A stretch of DNA of 64,000 nucleotides. Source: Eledone cirrhosa (Eukaryota). The DNA lies in NCBI GenBank assembly GCA_964016885.1, contig OZ024740.1, forward strand, positions 244,280,001 through 244,344,000. Reading direction: 5' to 3'. Shown here piece by piece: positions 27,541 through 40,521 of the stretch. Positions within the stretch are counted from its first letter, which is position 1, and each line of letters starts with the position of its first letter. A program made the translations under genes and the position numbers. The notes beneath the pieces were generated by a model. That model had not been told where the DNA came from. It did not search any database and saw only the letters and a program-made list of their open reading frames with translations.

Positions 27541-27611
27541 TATTTTATTATGCGCATTTCAAAAACAAATATCATCATGCAATAATATTTGTGTTTTCAT
27601 CAGATAAAATA
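27541..27611 (-). ncRNA. Type I hammerhead ribozyme (left arm of palindrome)
   Basis: TATTTTAT-CTGATGA-[long stem II]-GAAA-TGCGCA-TA-ATAAAATA; perfect stem I, palindromic stem III ATGCGCAT. Confidence 0.85.
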
Positions 27612-27744
27612 GGAAGACATGATATGAAGGTTAAAAAACACTTGTGAATAGTGCAGTTTTAAATCAACATATCATGATATGTTGATATGTTGATTTAAAA
27701 CTGCACTATTCACAAGTGTTTTTAACCTTCATATCATGTCTTCC

Positions 27745-27815
27745 TATTTTATCTGATGAAAACACAAATATTATTGCATGATGATATTTGTTTTTGAAAT
27801 GCGCATAACAAAATA
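27745..27815 (+). ncRNA. Type I hammerhead ribozyme (right arm of palindrome)
   Basis: CTGATGA at 27753, GAAA at 27796, ATGCGCAT stem III, one stem I mismatch. Confidence 0.82.
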
Positions 27816-27938
27816 CATGGAATTCTTTTAACCATCTTTTGATCTTATATATTATGTATACTCCAGTCCTACAAACTGTAGAGTGCTTCTTATCCGATAT
27901 CTGCATTGCTTTATTGTACTACAATAAAACTCACCTCC

Positions 27939-28025
<87 letters not shown>

Positions 28026-28028
28026 AGA

Positions 28029-28585
28029 TAGAACATCTTATACAAAATCACTGAGGAGTAGATTACTGTAGAAGCATCCATCCATAGGAATAAATAAAAT
28101 TATCCTTCCTGCAGTTTCAAAATCCAAAGAATAACAGATGGCCCTTCAATAGATTGATATGGTCATCGTTAACAGAAAGGATCTCTCTTCAGAGGATTTA
28201 TTTAGCTCCCTATATGGTGAGCTGATAGGTGGTCTATATTGACTGCTATTTCTAGTAAGAGTTTGGACTCGTCATTTTTGTCCGTTTATACAAATATTTA
28301 CTTTGTTGATACATGCAGGATTAATTTCTTACACAAAACATGTCCAATGAAGAATGAACACAATTCTATTAACGGGTATATATATTTTATTATTTTATTA
28401 TACCTTACAGAATAAATCCCCTGAAGAGAAATCCATTCTGTTAATGATGGCCATATCAATCTATTGGAGGGCTATTTGTTATTCTTTGGATTTTGAAACT
28501 GCAGTAAGGATAAATTTTTTTCATCCCTAGGGAAAGATGCTTCAACAGTAATCTCCCCTTCAGTGATTTTGTATTAGATGTTCTA
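28029..28585. mobile_element. Older inverted pLTR pair (arms 28029-28202 and 28411-28585), each with a CTGAAGA-type hammerhead
   Basis: Diverged inverted arms of about 175 bp around a spacer of about 210 bp. Confidence 0.75.
28415..28512 (+). ncRNA. Type I hammerhead with extended stem II (mirror copy at 28102-28197 minus, cleavage site mutated)
   Basis: ATCCC-CTGAAGA-G-[AAATCCA...TGGATTT]-T-GAAA-CTGCAG-TA-AGGAT; palindromic ACTGCAGT stem III, GUA site. Confidence 0.75.
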
Positions 28586-28940
28586 CAAGTATTTGCTTTT
28601 CTGAATGAGATTATTTTAGCAATCTCTTTTCATTAAGATATCATGTATATTCTGAGAAATTTACTTATATATATATATATATATAGCGGCAATGAATTAG
28701 TTTTGCGAGGTTTTTTATATGAAATCGTGTGTCGAAACAAATATTGTTATACTTGGGGAGGGTCATATTTGTGTAATATTGCCAGAATTAATAACAGAAC
28801 ACACTCACTGTTTGGTTGGTTTTCGCTTCTCGCTTCTGTGTCTTTTATATCGGTAATCTAACTTACTCGGTCCTCAATGTTGCCATTGACTGACCGACGG
28901 TCAAAAATAATACAGATACAATATAGTCACAAACACATAT

Positions 28941-28998
28941 ATATAGTTTATCATAAATCTTTCGTTGCACATCTGCAACATCGTCAGTGGTGCTATAT
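28941..28998 (-). ncRNA. Minimal type I hammerhead ribozyme in PLE pLTR
   Basis: ATATAGCACCA-CTGACGA-T-GTTGCA(GATG)TGCAAC-GAAA-GATT-TA-TGATAAACTATAT. Confidence 0.8.
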
Positions 28999-29234
28999 TT
29001 TCCTCCTGTTGTATTGTATGTCTACGCCATTTTTATTCAGTCTGTCTATATATTTATTTATTTATTTGCTTGTTTGTTTATTTTGTTTTGTCTTCTTTGC
29101 GCATGCGTTTGCGTGTGTGTATAGTGTTTTGTTTGCTGTTTGATGGGTGACTAGTGTGTGTTTATGTGCTTGTTGTTATTGTGCTTGTGTATGTATTTAT
29201 TTATTTATTTATTTATTTTATTTTATTTACTTAT

Positions 29235-30062
29235 TTATACTTCTCTTAGGTCAGTGTTGTTTGTTTGGGTGTTGTTGTTATTCCATTCATTCTTTCTATT
29301 TAATCTTGGTCTTCTAATTTCTATTTCACTGGCCTCTCTGATTTGCCTATCTGCTGGGTCATTTCTATGTTTAGATATTATTCTAATTTCTATGTTGTCT
29401 ATGTTACCGTCATGTTGTTGTCTAGCATGTTCGTATAGTACTGACCCGTTTTTTCATCCTTTTAGTTCCCCCCAGTGTTGGTCTATCCTTTCACCTATGC
29501 TACGAGCTGTCTCACCTATGTATGTTGTTGTCATGTTTCTGCAAGTACCCTCTATACATCTTATGCCATAGACTACGTTTCTAGTTTTACAGTTTATCCG
29601 GGGATTCACCTTACATATGATACATTTCCTATTGGTACAGTGGGTTTTCTTAAAAGGGTAGGTTTTGCTGATCAGGGATTTTATGGTGGTTCCTGGCTTT
29701 TCTACCACCTTTATTTTTAAGTGGGTCTTTCTCAGGGCCTTTCTACACTGGTTAGCTAATTTCCCTCCAGGGGTAGCGTCCACAAACATGACACTCTGGT
29801 ATCTCTGGTTGTCGTACCATGAGGTGGCTTTCCCTATCTTATGTCTAGCCCTATCTAAGCTATTCCATGATTTGCTCCTGTATAATGGGCAAATTCCTTT
29901 CATGTCCAGTTCTATGAGGGTCTTATACTTCTCCATGGCTCCTTCGTATACTCTGACTCTGTCTCTTTGGTTGTAGCCAGAGAACTGCATGCGGTTGATG
30001 AAGTGTTGGATGTGTCTTTCCATTTCTGTTGGGTCGCACATGCGGGACACATTCTTCATCAC
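29235..30062 (-). pseudogene. PLE RT thumb/linker + GIY-YIG endonuclease, one in-frame TGA at 29454-29456
   Basis: ORF 29454..30062 continues in frame (KNGSVLYEHARQQH...EASEIEIRRPRLNRKNEW) to TAA at 29235. Confidence 0.85.
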
Positions 30063-30191
30063 TCATACCAAATCTAAGTTAGATTACCGATATAAAAGAC
30101 ACAGAAGCGAGAAGCGAAAACCAACCAAACAGTGAGTGTGTTCTGTTATTAATTCTGGCAATATTACACAAATATGACCCTCCCCAAGTAT

Positions 30192-30228
<37 letters not shown>

Positions 30229-30570
30229 GGTATGTGTATATATATATATATATATATAATAATAAGTTGACGGACCCAGCATAGGTATTAATGCTAAGAC
30301 CGGTTGCAGCTCAGCATACTTGCTAGGACCGGTTGCATCTCAACGGTGATGATGATGATGATATATATATATATATATATATATACATTATATATGTATA
30401 TATATAGATAGATAAATATACACGGGTGTGTATGATTGTGTATAGAAGATTATATTAATAAAAGGAATTCCAACTTTGTCTGATTTACTCGTTTTATTTA
30501 CAATCCTTTAAAATTTATAATGGTATTAGAATGAAATAGTATGGTAGAATATTAAATGTTAAGTGTTAAT

Positions 30571-30609
30571 TGAACAAGTACTTTCATGCTTTCGCAATCT
30601 TCAGGTTCA
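30571..30609 (-). ncRNA. 39-nt minimal hammerhead in a solo pLTR fragment (about 30420-30637)
   Basis: TGAAC-CTGAAGA-T-TGC(GAAA)GCA-T-GAAA-GTAC-TT-GTTCA; palindromic AGTACT stem III. Confidence 0.8.
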
Positions 30610-30655
30610 TAATGTGTGGTGACAGTCAAGTTTGCAATATATATATATATATATA

Positions 30656-33600
30656 TCATCATCAACACCGTTTTACGTCCATTCTTCCACGCTAGCATGG
30701 GTTAGACGGGTTGGCCTGTTGTGGGCAGTGTCCAGTCGTCTGACCTTGAGCAAGTCATACAGGAACTGATTCTGGCTTGATTTCTACAGCTGGATGCCCT
30801 TCCTAACACCAACCTCATTTACAGTGAGTGCTGGGTGCTTTTTTTTCCATGGCGCCTACACGTCCACTTTACAGTGTGGGCTGGGTGCTTTTTTGCCGTG
30901 GTACCTTCACGACCACTTTACAGTGGGAGGAGGTGGGGCATATTGTCTATATGCTTCATCTTCGGCTTGTTCCCGTGGGAAGTCGGGTCTTCTGTACTAC
31001 TGTGTGACGCCAGAGGTCACGGTCATGTGTCATCGTCCTTGAGAGGTGCAATTGGTTAAGGTCGGCTTTTATCACCTCATCCCAGGTCATCTTGGGTATC
31101 CCCACTCCGCGGTTTCCATCGACTTCTAGTGCTCTGTACCTTTTTATGCAGCTGTCATCCTTCATACGTATCACATGTCAATACCAACGCAACCGCCTCT
31201 CCTGCACACAGCATTTGATTCCTATTATGCTCAGTCTCTCTCTCAGTTCGTTTATGCTTTGCTGTTCGCGTATATTACTATGACACATCCATCGGAGCAT
31301 GCAGGCTTCGTTTCTTTCTAATCTACGCAAGTCTTCCACAGACAGCGCCCAGGTCTCACTACCATGTAACATTGCTGTTTGGATACATGCATCATACAGT
31401 CTGCCTTTCATTTTGAGGGAAAAGCCTTTTGCAGCTAGCAGTGGCAGTAGCTCCCTGAACTTCTTCCATTCCGTTCTTACCCTAGTTATTGAACACCCAC
31501 CTCCACTGCTAATTCGGTTACCTAGGTAGCAGAAGCTGTCTACTGTTTCTACAGAGCCCTCCCAGAGTTTGGTGGTGCTTGTTTCCTGTGGCCATTTCGG
31601 CTTGCTGTCCCAGCGCAGCTGCTACATATGAAGCCTACGTTCTTAGTTAAGCTTCCTGAGATCCCGCTACATCTCTTGTGTACCCATTGTTTGCATTTGG
31701 GGCAGAGAATGGAGTTCCTACCTACACCTTTCCTACATACTGAGCAAGGACATTTCCCTGAGGGGATCCGGGTTCTGTTTTCTCGTCTACTTACAAGGAC
31801 CTTAGTCTTTGTCATGTTGACTTTGAGACCCTTTCTTTCTAGTCCCTGCTTCCAAGTTTGGAATTTATTCTCCAGTTCTACCATAGATTCAGCTATAAGT
31901 GCAAGATCATCCACATACAGGAGTTCCCATGGGCATCCGGTCTTAAACTCCTCCGTTATTGCCTGCAAAACTATAATGAACAGGAGCGGGCTAAGAACAG
32001 AGCCCTGGTGGACACCGACCTCTATGGTAAATTCCTCACTATAGTCATTGCTAACCCTAACTTTGCTGACTGCTCCCCTATACATGGCTTGTACATCTTT
32101 CACAAGCCATTCATCTACTCCTAATTTTCTAAGAGCCCATCAGATTATAGCACAGGGGACTCTGTTGAAGGCTTTTTCCAGATCGACGAATGCCAGGTAG
32201 AGCGGCTTACTTTTAGCTAGGTACTTTTCCTGTAACTGCCTCACAAGGAAGAGGGCATCAGTGGTGCCTTTTCCTGGTACAAACCTAAATTGCATCTTAT
32301 CTAGTTTTACCCGGTACCTAATCAACTGTGCTATAACTTTTTCCGTTACTGTCATGACCTGGTCTATCAGCTTTATACCTCTATAGTTTCCTCTATCTAG
32401 TACATCACCTTTACCTTTGTAGCAATTGACAATGATGCAGCTGCACCAATCCTTTGGGATAACACCCTCTAGTATTACCTGCTTAACAATTTGTGTGGTT
32501 ATGGTGTGACCTACCAACCCAGATGTCTTCAGCATCTCGGCAGCTATACCCGATGGACCGGTTGCCTTCCCTGTCTTCATATCTTTGATTGCCTTACTTA
32601 CTACATTGCTGCTGACTTGTACTGCTGGCCCCTCTATAGGGTCCACTTGGGGTAGGGTCTCTTTTTCCCATGCATTCTCTTCATTTAGTAATCTTTCATA
32701 ATGGCTCTTCCATGCATCTTTCTTCTCAGCACTTGTGAGGGAAAGCTCACCTTTATCATTCCGGATACACTTCTCTCCAATGACATCACAATTCTCTCTG
32801 ACACACTGCCTTGAACACCTGACACACAATCTTGAACACCTCCTGTTTCTGGTCCTCATGTTGCAAAACATGTTTGAATTTTCTATCCTCTGCTTCCCTT
32901 CTAGCTAAGTATACTTGTCACCTAGCTTCCCTCCTGGTCTCTATGTAATGTACCCTGCTACCCCCGTTCTTCCATTCTTTCCATGCCTGTCTCGTAGTCT
33001 TAACTACCTCATCTACCTTATTGTTCCACCACCAAGTCACTCTCCTCCTCCCTGTGGACTTGCTCCAACCACAGATCTCATCCGTCGCTTTTAGTAAGTT
33101 ATTTTTTAGGAACTCCCAGTGCTCTTCTACATTGAATGTCTGTATCTATTCTTCTTTACTGTCATAGGCGTCGAGTAGAATAACTTTAAATCTGTTACTG
33201 GCTGAGCGGTCTTTCACTTCCAGATCTTTTTTCTCCAGGTTGCCTTCTGTTTCCAAGTTCGTCTAGTTTTGACTGTGAGTTCGCTGACAACTAAGTTATG
33301 TTGGGAGGTACATTCCTCACCAGGGAAGGCTTTTGTGTTTACAACCGTCCATCTATCACGTCCTCTGATGAGGATAAAATCTATCTGACTAGAATGCTCC
33401 CCTGATCTATAGGTGATCAGATGGTTGTCAGGTTTTTTGAAGTTCATGTTACATATCAACATGTCATTGGCCTCACAGAATTCCAGAAGCCAGAAGCCTT
33501 CTTCATTTCTTGTGCAAAACTCGTGGCCTCCATGGACTCTACAGAAGCTGACACGGTGTTTACAAACGTGTCTGTTAAAATCTCCTGCAATGATTAGGAA

Positions 33601-34076
33601 GTCATTGTCATTTGTTAGGGCAGTAGTGTGCATTAGGGACTCGTAAAACCTATCCTTAAGTTCATCTGGCAACCCCGATTAGGGTGTGTAAGCTTATACT
33701 ATTGTGGCAATTGTTTTATTCAGGACTAGTCTGAGTTTGATGATTCTTGCATTCACCCTGTTCACTGAGATTACCTTATCAACCCATTTGTCAGCTAATA
33801 GTATACCTACACCTCCCATCCCATTGTCATTTCCCACCCAGAAAAATTTGTAGTATTGACTTTTGTCTACAAGGACTCTAGCAGACTCTCTTCTCCATCT
33901 AGTCTCTTGCTTACATTGATTGTTCTAACTCAGAGTTTTGGACATTTGCCATCACTCGTAGGAAGGGGTGAATTTTTGCGGGGGTGTGTGTATGCTTCCT
34001 GTCTTTAGATTAAAGCTTTGCATGGGTGTTTGGTAGCTCGCGGATTCATGTTCATTTATTAATTCGGGGTTGTTCC
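30656..34076 (-). mobile_element. Near full-length RTE LINE (subfamily 1), degenerate, within (TA)n
   Basis: Colinear with 5601-9060; broken into ORFs 33214..33672, 32140..32871, 31549..32103, 31178..31411; (TA)n on both sides. Confidence 0.93.
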
Positions 34077-34098
34077 ATATATATATATATATATATAT

Positions 34099-34184
<86 letters not shown>

Positions 34185-36184
34185 ATATATATATATATAT
34201 ATATACAATGATGATGATGATGATGATATAGAATAAACAAGACAAACACAGATGCAAAAACACAAAAAAAGTCTTGTTAGTTTCATAGCTGGGAATGAAG
34301 AAATAAATAGATGTTTTAACATCAGGAAAGAGCAGAATTTGGAGCAAAAGGAAGTTGGAGAAATAGAGGTTGGAAAAAAATGAGCTTTTTTAAAATGGGT
34401 GAGTGAGAGATGGAGAAAGAGAGAGTTGTGCATACATACACACACTCCTTTATTTTAATTTGCAGATTGAACTGAAAATTTAATTTATAATGTGCCAACA
34501 TATATTTTCAAATATAATAAGAAATAGAGATTTTATGTTATCAAATTACACTTAGTTGAATTTATGTGCATCAACAGTTCTAGTGGTCCTGACTGTAGAA
34601 ACAGACATATGATTCAACTGGATTACTATTATTACTATTATTGCCAAGGTCAATTTTGCCTTTCATCCTTCTGGGGTCAATAAAACAAAATAGTGGAATT
34701 GATATAATCAACTTTTCCCTTGCATCAAATTTCTGGCCTTATCAGTAAGTGGTCGGACTCCATGCTTTGAAGCATTGTGTTACGGCTCTTTAGCATCTGA
34801 GTTCAAATCTTGCTGACGTTAACTTTGCCTTTCATCCTTATGGGGGTTGATAAAATAAAGTACCAGTAACGCACTGGGATAATTGCTGGCCTTGTGCCAA
34901 AGTAGAAACAATTATTATTGTGGTTATTGGGTGTATAAGGGTGGTGGATTAGCAGAATTGGTAGAGTATCAGACCAAATTCTTCGCAGCATAGAATTACG
35001 GCCCTTTACATTCTGAATTCAAATCCCATCAAGGCTAGCTTTGCCTTTCATCCTTACGGGGTTGATAAAAGGAAGTACCGGTAAGCACTGGGGGTGATTT
35101 AATTGACTTTCCCCTCCTCTTGAAGATGCTGGCCTTGTGCCGAAAGTAGAAACAATTATTACTGTAGTTATCTAAACTATAATAAAGTAAGGAGCGCGGG
35201 ACTGCGTACGATTTATAATTTTTTATCCCATTAGTAAAATAAGTTGGATTACTTTGAATAAATAATTGTTTCTACTTTTGGCACAAGGCCAGCAATTATC
35301 CAGTGCGTTAATGGTACTTTATTTTATCGACCCCGTAAGGATGAAAGGCAAAGTCAACCTCAGCGGGATTTGAATGAATGAATATTACATAATTTATCTA
35401 CTAAATTGTGTAGCTGTTGATTAAATATATGTTGTTTATTTAAAGATTCACTTCTTTAAAATTTCTGAAATGTCAACACTTCCGGTTGGCCATCACTTAA
35501 ATAAACATACTAATTTTCTGTTACTAATTTTCTCCTAATGCAGTTTATATATAATATCATTTTTTTTTTAATGTTCATGGATTACGTTACTGATTACATA
35601 AGACAGTGTAACGTAGTCTTCGTTCAATTTCTATGTATTATATATTGTCAATTACGATTTTATTTGATGTATCATATCTACATGTATATATACTTGCGTA
35701 TAATATCAATATACGCACTACACATGCTTATGATTGTGAGCCCGAAACCCTAACAGCCAAGCCACTGTATCTAGTACTGTTTAGTCATTTGACAGTAGGA
35801 TATCATAGAGGAACCTATAATGCATTACAAGAACAACTTCAAGGTAAAGATGTATTGATATTCTAAACAACAAAGATGACAGTCATCTTAAAAGTTAGTA
35901 AAACAGTATAATAGGAGTGTTTTTGTTTTGTGAATCTGTCAATGTATATTAGAAAAATATTTCCTCCCAGCAGATTTTAGAAGTTATATATTAGCATATC
36001 ATTGTAAAACAAATAAACAAGATGGAAACAGTAAATATATGTGGGTTTGTGAATCGTATTCTACAAGAATTGTAGTATTTTCAAAATTGTGTGAGAGTTT
36101 GTGTATGTTTGTATGTGAATTTGTGCAAGTATTTGAGTAGATATCTATTTATAAATTTGAGCGACTTCCCTCTGTCACCCAATG

Positions 36185-36215
<31 letters not shown>

Positions 36216-37049
36216 AAAAGGAAGGCAGGATATCGTGAAAATACTATAGCAAAACAGCGGCTGGCGTTTCATTTGCTACGCCGTGTGTGAGTGTATGTGT
36301 ATGTTTGTGTAAATGTATGTGCGTGTGTGTTTGTGTGAATGTATGTGTGGTTGTGTGAATCTATGTTTGTGAGTATGTATATTTGTGTGTCTGCGTTTGT
36401 GTGTTTATATTTATATACTCATACATATAAATGTATGCATATGCACATACACACACGCACACACATATACACATATGCATCAGCATGTTGAAAAAAATCC
36501 TAGTATTAAATAACTTTGATAAATTTCAGCCAGTATTAGCCAAAGACATGTTTAACTTAGCAGCACCATTTATGCATACACACACACACACACATGCCAA
36601 CATGGAAAAACAAATGTTAAAAGATGATATATATATATATATATATATATATTCTAGGTACAAAGAATTGATATGTAAGATCTCATCACTGTCAAGTAAC
36701 ACAAGACTGCCACTCTCAATGTGGGCACTCTGAATGGTAGATCAGGAAAAATTGTGGAGTTGTTAGAGTGGAGATAAGTGGATGTATGCTGTGTACAAGA
36801 GGTGAGATTGAGGGGTACTTCAATGAGACAACTCATAAGCAAAGGACATAGATACAAGGTAGAGGTAGAAATTTTACTTTATGTACAAAAATGTAAACTA
36901 TGGGTACACAAAAGATGTAATGGGTAACAGGCAGGTTAGTAAAGAAAGTAAAATTTGTATGTGGCTAATGAACAGGAGGAGTAAGCAACAAGAGCTGACA
37001 GGAAAAACCCTATGAAATGCTGAGATGGCTCCCCAGAGGTAGTTGACAA

Positions 37050-38200
37050 CTTCTTCTTCTTCTCCTCTTAATTATTCCTGAGAGGGTCATAAGGGCAGAG
37101 TCCTTATACACCCCTTCCAACAAGCCCTGTCAGAAGCAACCATCTCCATCTGATCTGGCTGGATCCCCAAGCAAGACCAGCCAAGCTCAAGGATGTTATT
37201 GAACCATCTTGCTCGGAGTCTACAAAGCTTGGTTTGGAAATAAGCCCTTCTTTGCTCGGATGGCATAAACAAAGAGAACCTTCTGCCATCTGGTACCACA
37301 CCAAGCCTCTTTTGCCCACAGCATTTAACAGCTAAAGCAGAAATTGCTGAGCTGAACAATCTCCACACTGTCTCAACATCCTCAGTTTGCACAGGGAATT
37401 CTCTGAATTTGGATGCAATAATATCTGCATACCTGATCCTGAATTCCTTATCCACCAACACTTCCCACCTAATCCTGTAGGTAACACTGGACCTGCTAGC
37501 TTTGTGGGCTTCTTTGGTTTTAGTTAGTCTTAAGTTGTAGATAACTATCTAGTGATCAGTTGATAACTCAGCCCCTCTCTTAACATGAACATCCAGCACA
37601 AAATCAAAGAGATCAGAGACAATAACAAAATCAATTATTGATTCCCCTTATACCATGAATATTTATGGATGTCTCTGTGCTGGAAGAAGGTGTTCATAAT
37701 AGAGAGTCCATTGCTAGAACAGAAATCTAATAAGGCTTCTCTATTCATATGTAGATCAAGCTCACCGTTCCTTTCAATCACTTCTTTCCACGTCTGGGGT
37801 CAGTACCAACATATGCATTGAAGTCACCCTTCAGGATATAAGACTCAGTCTTAACTACATCTAATGCTGCAGTGACTTCATCAAAAACGGATCTGTATTC
37901 ACTGGGGATAGTGAATATCCCCACTCCTGCCTGTGCAGTCATTTCTGGCACCACACCTGAATAGTGGAGTTTCCCCACTCCATCCAAATCTACAGTATTA
38001 GAGTCATGGAACTTTGTTGAGGAAACCCCAACTATATCTAGCCAGTAGCATCTGGCCTCCTCTACTAGTTCCAGCTCCTTACCTGTAAGGGTATGATGTT
38101 CCAGGTTCCAATTGACAAGGCTTGCTACCTTCCAAATCGCCTTTGGTGTTTTCGCATATGCAATCTTTGTGCGTCCATTCCACACCTCACAGGACAAGTC
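37050..38200 (-). mobile_element. Rex3/Expander-like RTE, internally deleted, (GAA)n tail
   Basis: LTGKELELVEEA..LDIVGVSSTK...AQAGVGI...GDFNAYVG endonuclease; C-terminus LGWSCLGIQPDQM shared with 62500-63113. Confidence 0.8.
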
Positions 38201-38399
38201 AGAGTCCCATTGCCAGGTTTTACAGCATAAAATGGAGACTGCAATATATTTTTTGAACAGGCCCCTCTACCTAAGACCTGAATGCATCTCTTGTTAACCC
38301 ACATGAAGAACGATATGGTATGGTTCTTTTTTGTTCCTCTCATCATATTGCAATTTTGGTGGCCTCACTCACGCCAGTCACCATTCTAGTACTTTCTCA

Positions 38400-39000
38400 A
38401 ACCAGTAAAAACTTCTGTTATCTGGGAGACCAAATTTACAGAGGGGGTAGGTGTTCTCATAGTACAGTGGCCTCAATGAGGACCAGTTGGAAACATTCAG
38501 GGACCACTGCTGACTATAAAGGGCCTCTCATTCAGAATGAAAGGCAGATTGTATGATGCTTGCATGCAAATGGCAATTCTACATTGTAGTGCGACTTGGG
38601 CTTTGTGTATGGAGGACTTACGAAAATTGGAAAGAAACGAGGCAAGCATGCTCCAATGGATGTGTAATAGTAGTGTGCATGGATGACGCAGCATCAAGCT
38701 GAGAAAAAAACTGGGTATAAGAAGCATTGGGTGCATTGTGCAGGAGAGGAGATTGTGATGGTGTGGACATGTGATGCATATGAAAGATGTCAGCTGCATA
38801 AAGAAATGAAGAACACTCGAAGTCAAAGAAACCTTTGGAAGAGGAAGACCTAGGAAATTGTGGGATGTTGCAGTGAAAGCTGACCTCATGCAGCGAAACC
38901 TCATAAAGGAGATGACTCAGGATCAAGAAAACTGGCAACATTCCATTATATGGATGACCCCACCTGCCAGTATGCTCCCCATCTTCCTCCACCATCCACC
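38400..39000 (+). mobile_element. Old degenerate RTE C-terminal fragment
   Basis: FCYLGDQI, MKGRLYDAC, LERNEASMLQWMC recognisable with stops. Confidence 0.8.
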
Positions 39001-40521
39001 CAAACAAGCAGAGAGATGATACAACACTAAGGTTCCCCCCATCACCTGCCAGTATACTCCTGAATTCCATATCAGCATTTCTTTTTTCTTTTCTTTCAAC
39101 CTAAACCCAAAGAAGCAGGGAAATGGAATAACTCTCAGGTCCTTGCTTGCCAGTATTCTCTTGACTTGCTTGCTCAACCCATGATAACATGGAAAGCTAG
39201 GATGAGCCTTGACTGAGTCATCTTCCCTTCCAAAGCCTTTTGCTCCTGATACTTTCTATCTCTAAAGGCCACCACAGAAGTCAGGCACACCTCATAATAA
39301 CAGACAACATCCACACACCTACCCACTTGTCCTATGCCACCTTCATGATCTGGTGCCTTCCTACCTCCACTGCAAGTAGCATATAAACACCCACTCACAC
39401 ACATTTAGGTCATCAAGGGATTCCAAGCGCACGCCACAATATGTCAGACACCATCCACTTGCTTCAAAGCCACTTCTATGACCTGACCCCCTTGACAGTG
39501 CAGTGCTGTACCCCAGCTCAACCACCACTGATGCCTCCTCAGCTATACCAAGCTATACTGAGCACCCTAGTTTTGTAATGAGGTAGTGCTGGTGCCATGA
39601 CAAAAAGTAGCCATTCCACCTACTAGCCATTCCACCTTGTAAGGTGGTGGTGCCGGATAAAATACTCCCAATACATGCTGTAAAGTGGTTGTTGTTAAGA
39701 AAGGCATCCAGTCATAACAACCATGCTCAGTACACACTGTCAAGTAGTTGCTGTTAAGGACATCCAGCCATAGAAACCATATTCCTTGTACACGATGTAA
39801 AGTGGTTAGTGTTAAGAAAGGCATCCAGCCATAGAAACTATGCTTCCAGTCATAGAAAGCATGCCCAAAGGAAGCCTATAGAATGACCAATTATGGGCCT
39901 AGAATCCAATGGGCGCACATAACCCGAGCATTACCAGAAAATAACCATTAAAAACAAAAACAAAATATATGTGATCACACACATGCATAAAATACCTACA
40001 CACACCCACATTTAGAAATTGTACATGTACATACATATACATACATATACATACACACATCCTCACACACATACATATACACACACATACATATAAATAC
40101 ACACATATACATATACATACATAATAAAAACACGTAAAAAATGCAAGAGTCTACCCTCAAATTCAAGCAGAAGTACATGGTGAGGGGCTTCATACGAGAA
40201 TTGAAGTAACCCTTTAGGTCCGAAGGGCCAGTGTCAGGTGTGATGCAGTCTGTGGCGGTGGCATAGTCAAAAAGGTAAGCATACCACCGCAACCATTTGG
40301 TAAATGAGTCCGTGTACTGTACCATCCAACACAGGTAAGTGTTGCTATCCTGTATTGGTATGTCCTCAGAATAAGATGTGCAGGTAGGCCTCTCCATGGT
40401 ACTCAGCTGTAAGCACTCTACCCAGGGAGGGGGGGGGGGATATTATATGTGCAAAAGGTTTAGTAAGTCCAAAGAAAACTGGTGAGAGTACCAATGTCAG
40501 CACTTGATGCAGAGCAGAGTG

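Larger units (their letters stand above)
27501..27855. mobile_element. About 355-bp near-perfect palindrome: inverted pair of PLE pLTR ends, each arm with a hammerhead
   Basis: Arms about 174 bp, centre 27674/27675 with an 8-bp duplication; flanked by TA-rich DNA. Confidence 0.85.
28686..30199 (-). mobile_element. 5'-truncated Penelope-like element (Neptune/Nematis-like) with inverted partial pLTR, within (TA)n
   Basis: GIY-YIG (NVVYGIRC...YIGETARSIGERIDQH...LNRKNEW) preceded by a C-rich linker; 125-bp inverted repeat 28741-28865 / 30075-30199. Confidence 0.88.
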
